Assembly: GCF_000008665.1 (NCBI RefSeq)
Contig: NC_000917.1
Location: 1,830,001-1,862,000 of the forward strand
DNA: 32,000 nucleotides
Reading direction: 5' to 3'
DNA from: Archaeoglobus fulgidus DSM 4304
GTDB lineage: Archaea; Halobacteriota; Archaeoglobi; Archaeoglobales; Archaeoglobaceae
How positions within the stretch are numbered: position 1 is the stretch's first letter; the number at the start of each line of letters is the position of its first letter. Made by a program: the position numbers and the translations under genes. The notes under the pieces are model-generated. The model had not been told where the DNA came from. It worked only from the letters and a program-made list of their open reading frames with translations, and searched no databases. Positions 8,293 to 16,222 of this stretch are shown here, piece after piece.

Positions 8293-10176
8293 GTGAAACA
8301 GCTGAGTTCGTTCGACATCAAGGCCTGCGTGAGGGAGCTCAAGGAGCTTGAGGGAGGGAAGGTGGAGAAGGTCTATCACCATCCGCCGGATGAAATAAGA
8401 ATAAGAATCTACGCTGGCAGGAAAGTTGACCTAGTAATTGAAGCGGGAAGGAGAATTCACCTCACCAAGTTTCCGAAGCAAGCCCCTCGATTTCCATCGG
8501 CCTTCGCGATGCTTTTGAGGAAGCACCTTGAGGGGGCGAGAATCAAGAAAATAGAGCAGTACGACTTTGACAGAGTTGTTGTAATCGAGTTCGAGCGGTT
8601 TGGTGAAATAAGAAGGATTGTAGCAGAGCTCTTCTCGAAAGGAAACGTCGTGCTGCTGAATGAGGAAAACCGAGTTATCATGCCCCTCAAACACACCATC
8701 AAGGTTGGGGAGCTTTACAGATTCCCGGAGCAGAGGGAAAGGAAAGACGAGGACAGAGAGGTGGTGAGAGTCCTTGCAATGTCCGGCTTGGGCGGGCTTT
8801 ATGCTGAAGAGGTTTGCCTGAGAGCCGGAATCGACAAGAAGAAAAAGTATGCAGAGCTGAGCGAGGATGAGAGGAAAAAGATTGACGAGGAGATTGAGAG
8901 GCTGATGAACTTTACTCCAAAGCCCCAGATTATCCTGAAGGATGGAGATTACCTCGACGTGGTGCCGATGGACCTGCTTTACTACTCAAACTACGAGAAG
9001 AAGTACTTCGAGTCCTTTAACGACGCCCTCGACGACTACTTCTCCAAGAAACTCGCCGAAATGGACGAGCTTGAGTCGATGAAGAGCGAAGAGCTAGAGA
9101 AGCTAAAGAAGAGGCTTGAAATTCAGAAGGAGAGCCTTAGGAAATTTGAGGATGAAGCGGAGAGCTTCAGGAAGATAGGGGATGCCATTTACGAGAACTA
9201 CCAGATGGTGGAGAAAATAATCGAGGCCTTCAGAGCTGCGAGGGAGAGAAAGAGCTGGGATGAGATTAAGGAGATCGTTGCGAGGGATGAGAAGCTTAAA
9301 AAGCTGGTAAAGGCCATTAAGCCCGAGAAGAACGCCATTGTGGTTAAAGTAGGCGATTTTGACGTTGAGCTTGAGATAAAAAAGAGCATTCACGAGAATG
9401 CAGACCTTTACTACGAGAAGGCCAAGAAGGCGAGGGAGAAGGCTGAGGGAGTGAAGAGAGCCATTGAAGCAACTCTGAGGGAGATGGAGAGGGTTGAGGA
9501 GAAGCTGGAGAAGAAGCTCGTCACGAGCATCAAAGTGAGAAGGAAGAAGGAGTGGTACGAGAACTACAGATGGTTCTTCACCAGCGAGGGCTTTCTCGTT
9601 ATTGGGGGCAGAACTGCGGAGATGAATGAGGAGATTGTAGCAAAGCACCTCGAAAGCCTCGACCTCTTCTTCCACACTCAAACTCCCGGTGCTCCAGCCG
9701 TAATCCTGAAAAGGGGGCAGGAGGCGGGGGAGGAGAGCATAAGGGAGGCTGCCGAGTTTGCCGCAACCTATTCAGCTTTATGGAAGGAAGGAAAGCATGC
9801 GGGAGAGGTTTACTACGTCCTGCCAGAGCAGGTTTCGAAGTCTGCCAAGGCCGGAGAGTACCTGCCGAAGGGAAGCTTCTACATCACGGGAAAGAGGAAC
9901 TACCTCACTGTTGAGCTGAACTGCGCCGTGGGCGTTGATGTTGAGAACCTGAGGGTGATTGGGGGGCCGGTGTCGGCAGTAAAAAAGCAGGCGAGCTACT
10001 ACGTGGAGCTTGAGATTGGTGATAAGGAGCACAATGAGCTTGGAGTGGAGATTGCAAAGAAGCTCGTGGAAATGGCTGGAGAGGAGAGGCACATAGTCAG
10101 GGCCGTGGCAACGCCAGATGAGATTATGAAGTTCCTACCTCCCGGAAAGGCGAGGATAAAGGATGAAGGTTCTTGA
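8293..10176 (+). CDS. NFACT-family protein, archaeal RqcH/Rqc2-like ribosome quality control factor
   Basis: N-terminal NFACT-N (MKQLSSFDIKACVRELKELEGGKVEKVYHHPPDEIRIRI), long coiled coil, NFACT-R region (KEWYENYRWFFTSEGFLVIGGRTAEMNEEIVAKHLESLDLFFHTQTPGAPAVILK; AATYSALWKEGKHAGEVYYVLPEQVSKSAKAGEYLPKGSFYITGKRNYL). Confidence 0.92.
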   Translation: MKQLSSFDIKACVRELKELEGGKVEKVYHHPPDEIRIRIYAGRKVDLVIEAGRRIHLTKFPKQAPRFPSAFAMLLRKHLEGARIKKIEQYDFDRVVVIEFERFGEIRRIVAELFSKGNVVLLNEENRVIMPLKHTIKVGELYRFPEQRERKDEDREVVRVLAMSGLGGLYAEEVCLRAGIDKKKKYAELSEDERKKIDEEIERLMNFTPKPQIILKDGDYLDVVPMDLLYYSNYEKKYFESFNDALDDYFSKKLAEMDELESMKSEELEKLKKRLEIQKESLRKFEDEAESFRKIGDAIYENYQMVEKIIEAFRAARERKSWDEIKEIVARDEKLKKLVKAIKPEKNAIVVKVGDFDVELEIKKSIHENADLYYEKAKKAREKAEGVKRAIEATLREMERVEEKLEKKLVTSIKVRRKKEWYENYRWFFTSEGFLVIGGRTAEMNEEIVAKHLESLDLFFHTQTPGAPAVILKRGQEAGEESIREAAEFAATYSALWKEGKHAGEVYYVLPEQVSKSAKAGEYLPKGSFYITGKRNYLTVELNCAVGVDVENLRVIGGPVSAVKKQASYYVELEIGDKEHNELGVEIAKKLVEMAGEERHIVRAVATPDEIMKFLPPGKARIKDEGS

Positions 10177-11137
10177 CTTTCCCTCCTCGAAAAAGGCCAA
10201 GGAGCTGGCGGTAAAGTACGGCTACGACGAGTTCATCGTTAGGAGGTGGCTTCACTTTTTTGGCGATGAAACTGAAGACATTATCAGGGCTTTTGAGGAG
10301 GGAATTCCGAAGTACATCCGAATCAACACTCTGAAGATTGACGAAAAAGGCCTGCTGGAGAGATTGGAGAGCAGAGGATTCAAGCTGAAGAAAACGGAGG
10401 TCCCCTACTGCTTTGAGGTTGTTGAGGAGCCCTACTCCATCGGAGCAACACCTGAGTACCTGATGGGCTACTACTACGTTATGGACAAGAGCTCCTGCAT
10501 TCCTCCCCTCGCCCTTGAACCAAAACCGGGAGAGGTTGTTGTTGACCTCGCAGCCTCTCCCGGCGGGAAAACTACCTTTTTATCAATGCTGATGGAAAAT
10601 AAGGGCGCTGTCATTGCCGTGGAGCCGCAGAAGGAAAGACTGCAGCCCCTCATAGACAACATAAACAGAATGGGGGCGATGAATGTGGCAGTGATTAACG
10701 TTGATGGTAGAAGAGTTCCTGCTATGGGAATAAAGGCCGACAGGGTTCTGCTCGACGCTCCGTGCACCGGGGAGGGGATAATCCACAAGGACCCATCAAG
10801 AAAGACGGACCGTGGAAAGGAGGACATCCTTTTCTGCTCCTCTTTACAGAGAGAGCTCGTCCTCGCAGCCTTCGATTGCCTTAAGGAAGGAGGAGTGATG
10901 GTCTACTCCACCTGCTCGCTCACACCTGAAGAAAACGAGTTTGTGGTGGATTTCCTGCTTGAGAGGAGAAAGGGGGTTGTTGAGGAGATTGAGTGGGGCG
11001 ATGAGGCTTTAGCTCTGCCGGGGGTTAAGAATGAGGTAAGCAAAGCGAGAAGGTTCTACCCCCACAGGCATCAATGCTCAGGGTTTTTTGTGGCCAGAAT
11101 CAGGAAGGTGGGAGATAGTAAAGCAAAACCGGAATAA
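10163..11137 (+). CDS. NOL1/NOP2/Sun-family RNA m5C methyltransferase
   Basis: VVDLAASPGGKTTFLSMLM (SAM binding), VLLDAPCTGEGIIHKDPSRK (motif IV Cys), VYSTCSLTPEENEFVVDFLL (motif VI Cys), C-terminal RFYPHRHQCSGFFVARIRK. Confidence 0.93.
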   Translation: MKVLDFPSSKKAKELAVKYGYDEFIVRRWLHFFGDETEDIIRAFEEGIPKYIRINTLKIDEKGLLERLESRGFKLKKTEVPYCFEVVEEPYSIGATPEYLMGYYYVMDKSSCIPPLALEPKPGEVVVDLAASPGGKTTFLSMLMENKGAVIAVEPQKERLQPLIDNINRMGAMNVAVINVDGRRVPAMGIKADRVLLDAPCTGEGIIHKDPSRKTDRGKEDILFCSSLQRELVLAAFDCLKEGGVMVYSTCSLTPEENEFVVDFLLERRKGVVEEIEWGDEALALPGVKNEVSKARRFYPHRHQCSGFFVARIRKVGDSKAKPE

Positions 11138-12290
11138 TCAGGCAGCCCATGCAGTTAGCCCTCCTCACACCGAGGAGTGGGGCGGACATACCGACTATGG
11201 AGGACACAAAGAGAACCATGAGTCCCACGAATCCCGTGAGGGTGTAAGTTAAGGCTATCAGAAAGAGGAGAACCGCCGCGGAAAGCTTTGAGAACCTCAG
11301 CCTCGTAAGGCGTGAGAGGGCCAATCTCGATACAAAGAGAGTTAGAGGCAGAGCGATTGAGGCTGAAACTGTTACCATAAAGATTAACTCGAAGAAAGAG
11401 GGATGCACGCCGAGACTCAGCAGCGCATCTGCAGCACCGCTTCTGGTTTTGGAGGTTGCAATCAGCATGAAAAAGCAGAGAACGGCATTGGCGGAGTTTG
11501 CGGCGCTTACAGCAGCAACGTAGCCTTCCCTATCCCGTATCCCAACTGTGGCAAGGACCGTTGCAACACCGCTGCTAACTCCGGGGAACAGGGAGACCAA
11601 AAAGCCCGCGATTGTTCCGGCTGAGACTGCGTTGCTGCCCGGCATCCTCAGCCTCACTTCCTGGGGCGGAACGCTGCCGGAGGTCGTTTGGAGAAGTATT
11701 GGAACGCCGAAGAGGCCTGTAAGGAGAGGAAGGAACATTGAGCCCGCCGGATTGTACACGTATTCCGAAACCTGGAAGGTAACGAAGCCGATAAATCCGG
11801 AAACGGCAAAAACGAGAAAGGCGTAGAGCCTTTTGCGCCACGCGGAGTAGCTACCACCGAACTCCTCACCCCTTTCCGTGAGAATCAGGAAGGCGGAAAT
11901 CGCGAGGAGGGCTAAGGGCGTAAAGCGCCTGATTGCCGAATAGCTTAGACCCAAAAGGTAAATTGCAGGATAGAGAAGGAAGCTCAAAATTATCGCCAAA
12001 AAGGAAGCTATGGCAGAAATGCTAACCGCCTCAAACCCCCTCCCTTCGAGAACCATCTCGTTGGCGGGGTGGACCGCAATGGCTGTATCTTCATCAGGAA
12101 CTCCCAGAAACACTGTTGGGATAATGTTGGCTATCGTGTAAGCGATGGCTGATGAAACGATAATTGCGGAAGGATTTTGAAAGCTTGGGGAGTACAGAAG
12201 AGTTAAGGAGGCGAAGGTGTTGCTGTGAATCCCTGGAATCAGTCCTGCAATGAAACCGAGCAGTGTGCCGAGCAGAGTGTCAGTGAGCAT
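11100..12290 (-). CDS. TctA/DUF112-like polytopic membrane protein
   Basis: 396-aa, about 10 TM segments; two similar glycine-rich motifs LLGFIAGLIPGIHSNTFASL and IAGFLVSLFPGVSSGVATVLA typical of the TctA family. Confidence 0.75.
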   Translation of the reverse strand: MLTDTLLGTLLGFIAGLIPGIHSNTFASLTLLYSPSFQNPSAIIVSSAIAYTIANIIPTVFLGVPDEDTAIAVHPANEMVLEGRGFEAVSISAIASFLAIILSFLLYPAIYLLGLSYSAIRRFTPLALLAISAFLILTERGEEFGGSYSAWRKRLYAFLVFAVSGFIGFVTFQVSEYVYNPAGSMFLPLLTGLFGVPILLQTTSGSVPPQEVRLRMPGSNAVSAGTIAGFLVSLFPGVSSGVATVLATVGIRDREGYVAAVSAANSANAVLCFFMLIATSKTRSGAADALLSLGVHPSFFELIFMVTVSASIALPLTLFVSRLALSRLTRLRFSKLSAAVLLFLIALTYTLTGFVGLMVLFVSSIVGMSAPLLGVRRANCMGCLIIPVLLYYLPPS

Positions 12291-12386
12291 TGCAGCGAAT
12301 AAACCTCCAGTAAATTAAGTTTGTGGTGTGGTGTCAAAGGTTGCAATTCGAAACGTTTATTTGCTTAGTTGAGTAAAAGCGTACAA

Positions 12387-12457
12387 GCGGTCGTAGTCTA
12401 GCGGCAGGACACGGGCCTCCCGAGCCCGTTGCCCGGGTTCGAATCCCGGCGGCCGCA
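12387..12457 (+). tRNA. tRNA-Gly (anticodon CCC)
   Basis: Full cloverleaf drawn by hand: acceptor GCGGTCG/CGGCCGC, D-stem GTCT/GGAC, anticodon stem CGGGC/GCCCG around loop CTCCCGA (anticodon CCC at 12419-12421), T-arm CCGGG-TTCGAAT-CCCGG, discriminator A. CCA is not encoded; a T-run follows (CTGTTTTTTG). Confidence 0.97.
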
Positions 12458-12595
12458 CTGTTTTTTGTTTATAGATTCAGTTTTCATAAGAACTTCGTGG
12501 AAATTATTTTAACTCCCCCATTGCTTTCAGTCTTTAATTCTTTTCGCAGCAAGAAAGTATATATTATCTAAAATCAAAAAATTCAAGGTGATAAC

Positions 12596-13150
12596 TTGAC
12601 AAGCGGAGAAAAGATAACATTGTCCAATGCGGCAACGATTGCCGGTAGTGGACTTATATTGATGTCGGTGCTGGCAATCATTTTCCTCCTTAACCTAAAG
12701 CCAACTATCTACTCAATTGTCGGAATTTTCTTGATAATTATTCTTGACGTCACTGTTGCGGTTGCTCTATACTTCCTGCTGAGACCTGTGAGTAAAAACA
12801 TCTCGATGCTGATGTCTCTGTTCCGAATCGTGTATGCAGCTATATTTACAACCGCCTTGTACAAGATCCATGATTTAACGGCATTTTACTCCATTCTGGA
12901 TTTGGGATACATCTTTTTCGGAATCCACCTTTTCTTGTTGGGTTTTCTGGTTTACAAATCAGGGTATATGCCCAAGTGGCTTGGCGCTCTGATTTTTATT
13001 GCATCAACGGGATACATAATCGACCCCCTTCTCAGATTTTCCGGATATGCAGTTGAAATAGGGATGTACACTTTCTTTGGAGAGGTTCTGTTTGCTTTCT
13101 GGCTGGTGATAAAAGGTAGAAAACTATCGGAGGTGGTCAGCACTCCCTAA
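12596..13150 (+). CDS. Small multipass membrane protein of unknown function (DUF4386-like)
   Basis: 184-aa ORF with about 6 hydrophobic helices, TTG start preceded by AAGGTGAT. Confidence 0.65.
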   Translation: MTSGEKITLSNAATIAGSGLILMSVLAIIFLLNLKPTIYSIVGIFLIIILDVTVAVALYFLLRPVSKNISMLMSLFRIVYAAIFTTALYKIHDLTAFYSILDLGYIFFGIHLFLLGFLVYKSGYMPKWLGALIFIASTGYIIDPLLRFSGYAVEIGMYTFFGEVLFAFWLVIKGRKLSEVVSTP

Positions 13151-13207
13151 ATCCTATTTTTCCGCTCTACCAGACTGCGCCGATTAAACTCAAACTTCCA
13201 ACCGAGA

Positions 13208-13216
13208 CTATAAAAA
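13208..13216 (+). promoter_or_regulatory. Archaeal TATA box for pyrH (probably leaderless)
   Basis: CTATAAAAA about 27 nt upstream of the pyrH ATG at 13239, with no Shine-Dalgarno-like sequence before the ATG. Confidence 0.6.
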
Positions 13217-13238
13217 CCCCTCTGCTCAACCAACTACG

Positions 13239-13898
13239 ATGAAAGTCGTTCTGTCGCTCGGCGGCTCTGTCCTCTCCAATGAATCTGAAAAGATAAGAGA
13301 GTTCGCAAAAACGATAGAGAGCGTTGCCCAGCAAAATCAGGTATTCGTCGTTGTTGGTGGGGGCAAGCTGGCCAGAGAGTACATAAAGAGGGCAAGAGAA
13401 CTTGGAGCGAGCGAGACCTTTTGCGACTACATCGGCATTGCTGCAACAAGGCTGAACGCCATGCTCCTTATATCAGCCATCCCTTCAGCAGCGAAAAAAG
13501 TCCCGGTAGATTTCATGGAGGCTGAAGAGCTGTCAAAGCTTTACAGGGTTGTTGTGATGGGCGGAACCTTCCCCGGCCATACCACCGATGCCACAGCAGC
13601 CCTTCTCGCCGAATTTATAAAAGCTGACGTGTTCATCAACGCCACGAACGTGGATGGCGTTTACTCTGCCGATCCAAAGTCTGACACAAGTGCAGTTAAG
13701 TACGACAGGCTCTCACCTCAGCAGCTTGTTGAGATCGTGAGCAGAAGCTCCGCCAAAGCGGGAACGAACGTCGTCATCGACTTGCTCGCTGCAAAAATAA
13801 TAGAAAGAAGCAAGATTAAGACCTACGTCATCCTTGGCACGCCTGAAAACATAATGAAGGCTGTGAAAGGAGAAGCTGTGGGGACGGTTATAGCTTAA
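13239..13898 (+). CDS. pyrH: Uridylate (UMP) kinase
   Basis: MKVVLSLGGSVLS, FVVVGGGKLAREYI, FPGHTTDATAALLAEFIKADVFINATNVDGVYSADPK; amino acid kinase family, archaeal PyrH type. Confidence 0.95.
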   Translation: MKVVLSLGGSVLSNESEKIREFAKTIESVAQQNQVFVVVGGGKLAREYIKRARELGASETFCDYIGIAATRLNAMLLISAIPSAAKKVPVDFMEAEELSKLYRVVVMGGTFPGHTTDATAALLAEFIKADVFINATNVDGVYSADPKSDTSAVKYDRLSPQQLVEIVSRSSAKAGTNVVIDLLAAKIIERSKIKTYVILGTPENIMKAVKGEAVGTVIA

Positions 13899-13900
13899 CT

Positions 13901-13935
13901 TGAGATGGCTATGAGAGCTAAAACAGCCTATCTCA
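13901..13935. terminator. Possible hairpin between convergent genes pyrH and mptD
   Basis: TGAGATGGCT ... AGCC-T-ATCTCA can form a 10-bp stem with one bulge, directly after the pyrH stop (13898) and over the mptD stop. Confidence 0.3.
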
Positions 13936-14268
13936 GCGCTCAAGCCTCATGAGAGGATAGCCAAGCTCCTCATCCCACTCCAGAACAGCCGAGACCTCAG
14001 CTTTGCCAACCCTAACCCTCACCCGCGCGAACAGCATGTCCGGCATCAGGGAGGTGTAGCCGAAAGCCGATACATCTTTAAGCTTATCCCTGTTTATCCT
14101 GACCTCCGCATCCACCACGTAGGGCTGAAGAAGGACACAGCTCCGAATGGCCTTCTCAAGGATTTCCGCATTCCTTTCCGCGACCGGGGCACCAATGAAT
14201 TGATGAAATAACGCTCCAAGCTTTATTCCTGCTTCGAAAGCAGCCTCTTCAACCTCCTTTCTCTCCAG
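13933..14268 (-). CDS. mptD: Archaeal dihydroneopterin aldolase (MptD, DUF372 family); 5' end extended beyond the supplied ORF
   Basis: The supplied ORF (13933..14118) is only the C-terminal half. Same-frame translation upstream gives (I)LERKEVEEAAFEAGIKLGALFHQFIGAPVAERNAEILEKAIRSCVLLQPYVVDAEVRINRDKLKDVSAFGYTSLMPDMLFARVRVRVGKAEVSAVLEWDEELGYPLMRLER, matching the family pattern EAGI.LGAL.HQF.G.PV...LE.AI...LQPYV. Start is non-canonical (CTG 14268 or ATT 14271); the first in-frame stop upstream is at 14281-14283. Confidence 0.75.
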   Translation of the reverse strand: MERKEVEEAAFEAGIKLGALFHQFIGAPVAERNAEILEKAIRSCVLLQPYVVDAEVRINRDKLKDVSAFGYTSLMPDMLFARVRVRVGKAEVSAVLEWDEELGYPLMRLER

Positions 14269-14888
14269 AATCTCACCCCCTCACCAATTATCGGCAGCGT
14301 TATGTAAACCCCAACTAAAAGAAGTATCGCGTAGCACATTTCCGCGAAGAAAATGGCTGAAATCAGAACGAAACCAACAACCAGCAGCGCAAACGCATCT
14401 CTGACTCTCGGATACCTCACGTCGCATACCATCAGAAAGGAGAGCAGAAAAGCCGCAACCGCAGCCCAGCCGTATCCAGCATCCAGCCTTACGAGCGAGG
14501 TTACAGCAAGGGCGCTCACCAGAGTGGGGACGCCAATAAAATCCTCGACGTTGAGCACGTTGAATCTGGCAAGGCGGAGAATGCTGAATGCGAGAAATAG
14601 GGCCGCGAATGGGAAGAGGTTCGCGTCGTACTTCACAAGAAGGGATGCGGGGAAAACGCCAAATGAGATTGAGTCGGCAAGAGAGTCCAGCTCCTTCCCA
14701 AAAGGACTTTTTTCGGTCTTTTTCGCGATGAAGCCGTCCAGCCCATCCGAGAAGGTTGAAAGGTAGAACAGAGCGTAGGACTCGACCCTTATCCCGTATA
14801 GGAGAAGGTAAGCGACGGCAGTAAAACCGAAAAGAGCGTTCAGGACTGAAAGCGAGTCGGCTAGGCTAACTTCCCTGAAAACTCTCAT
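14223..14888 (-). CDS. pssA: CDP-alcohol phosphatidyltransferase; phosphatidylserine/archaetidylserine synthase
   Basis: SDGLDGFIAKKTEKSPFGKELDSLADSISFGVFPA is the CDP-alcohol phosphotransferase signature (Arg replaced by Lys); membrane helices; adjacent to psd. Confidence 0.88.
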   Translation of the reverse strand: MRVFREVSLADSLSVLNALFGFTAVAYLLLYGIRVESYALFYLSTFSDGLDGFIAKKTEKSPFGKELDSLADSISFGVFPASLLVKYDANLFPFAALFLAFSILRLARFNVLNVEDFIGVPTLVSALAVTSLVRLDAGYGWAAVAAFLLSFLMVCDVRYPRVRDAFALLVVGFVLISAIFFAEMCYAILLLVGVYITLPIIGEGVRFWRERRLKRLLSKQE

Positions 14889-15453
14889 CTCTTAAAGCAA
14901 CCGTTTCACCAGCTTTAACCTTTTCGCCCACGCCCCTGACAAACCTGAATCCCTCCGGCACCTCCAGAACAACTCTCGAACCGAACCTGATCATCCCTAT
15001 TTTCTGCCCTTTTTTTACCACATCCCCTTCACTGACGTAGCTCACAATTCTTCTTGCAAAGATGCCGGCCATCTGCAAAACTCTGAAAACACCGTGTTCG
15101 GTCTCAATCAGTATTTCGTTCGTCCTGACCCCGCTTTTTCTTATAAAAGCCGGAGGTGTGCTCCCCTCAATGAACTTCACCGAGAGAACTTTTCCGCCCC
15201 ACGGAGCGCGGTTAATGTGGCAGTCGAAGGGGGACATGAAGATTTCCAGCCTCCTGCCCTCCAAGTAATCTATCCTGCCATCTGCCGGCGACACAACCCC
15301 CTCTCCTATTTTTCTCTCGGGGTCTCTGAAAAAGTAGGCTGTAAAGAGTGCAAAGCCCACGAAGAGGGCAGAGATTAGTGGGTGCAGTAAATAGGCAACC
15401 GCCGATAAAAGCAGAGATGCTGCAATAATGCCGTAGCCGCTTCGCTCTATCAT
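14866..15453 (-). CDS. psd: Phosphatidylserine/archaetidylserine decarboxylase (short archaeal type)
   Basis: FFRDPERKIGEGVVSPADGRI, IFMSPFDCHINRAPWGGKV, GMIRFGSRVVLEVPEG (self-cleaving Gly-Ser site). Confidence 0.92.
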   Translation of the reverse strand: MIERSGYGIIAASLLLSAVAYLLHPLISALFVGFALFTAYFFRDPERKIGEGVVSPADGRIDYLEGRRLEIFMSPFDCHINRAPWGGKVLSVKFIEGSTPPAFIRKSGVRTNEILIETEHGVFRVLQMAGIFARRIVSYVSEGDVVKKGQKIGMIRFGSRVVLEVPEGFRFVRGVGEKVKAGETVALRDESFQGS

Positions 15454-16208
15454 CTACCACCACCCACCAGTTCGTCCTTGAGAGAGTATATTAAATCTGC
15501 CAGTTCGGGAAGGAGCTTGAAAACACCGTAGGCGATGAAAATGAGAGCCAGCGTCGAGCCTATTTTCGAAACAACGTTGTGAGCTATGTAGAAGCTGTTC
15601 TCACCAAACCAGCTGTAGGCGAAGGAAACCGTCACGAAAACGTTTCTGAAGAGGTTCAGGACATATATCACGGGAACAGATATTAAAAAGGCCTTGACCT
15701 TCCTTGAAACCTCCGCTCTCACACCAAGTGTTGCTCCTGTGAAAAGGGCCATGCTCTCGATGGCTGTGCAGGCGAGAATTATCCTAACACTCCTGCCGTT
15801 GAGATACAAATTCACCCCTTCCTTCACAACGCCGTAACCAAGCAGATTCGCAAGAGAAGCTGTAAGGTGCGCCGTGCAGTCAATTAAGGCATCGCCGAGA
15901 GGTGTGAAGGCGAAGGGAAAGTAAACGACGAATGCAAGAGCCGAGAAGGCCGTTACGTCAACAAAAGTCTGAGAATTTGCGGTAAGAATTTTTATGGCCA
16001 TGTAAAGGAAAAAAACGTAGGCCAAAAAGAATACGGCGGTGTTGTAGTAATCTGCAGACGACAAGTAATCGGGGACCTTGATGAGGCATGCTGCGGAGAA
16101 GAGAGCCCACCCCAGGAAGCCAGCAAAGTTGCTGCGTGTTTTAACGTAAACCAGCATCGGAATTAGAGAGACTGCTGAAATTACCTCTGCCAGCATCGCT
16201 TTTCCCAA
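15450..16208 (-). CDS. Archaeosortase/exosortase-family transpeptidase
   Basis: Polytopic membrane protein with the catalytic Cys/Arg/His signature in order: ILACTAIESMALF, VIYVLNLFRNVFV, SFYIAHNVVSKIG. TTG start at 16208; an internal ATG (about 16196) is an alternative. Confidence 0.87.
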   Translation of the reverse strand: MGKAMLAEVISAVSLIPMLVYVKTRSNFAGFLGWALFSAACLIKVPDYLSSADYYNTAVFFLAYVFFLYMAIKILTANSQTFVDVTAFSALAFVVYFPFAFTPLGDALIDCTAHLTASLANLLGYGVVKEGVNLYLNGRSVRIILACTAIESMALFTGATLGVRAEVSRKVKAFLISVPVIYVLNLFRNVFVTVSFAYSWFGENSFYIAHNVVSKIGSTLALIFIAYGVFKLLPELADLIYSLKDELVGGGR

Positions 16209-16222
16209 GATTTACATTGTTT

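Noticed and set aside
9103-9681. 192-aa minus-strand Leu-rich ORF
   Set aside because: Antisense of the NFACT coiled-coil region (Lys/Glu-rich), not a real membrane protein.
12387-13150. tRNA-Gly followed by a membrane protein gene as a possible integrated element
   Set aside because: No integrase, no att-like duplication of the tRNA 3' end seen downstream, and the flanking genes are ordinary chromosomal genes.
14118-14283. mptD as a frameshifted pseudogene
   Set aside because: The frame is open and conserved across the whole domain; only the start codon is unusual, so a disrupted gene is not required.
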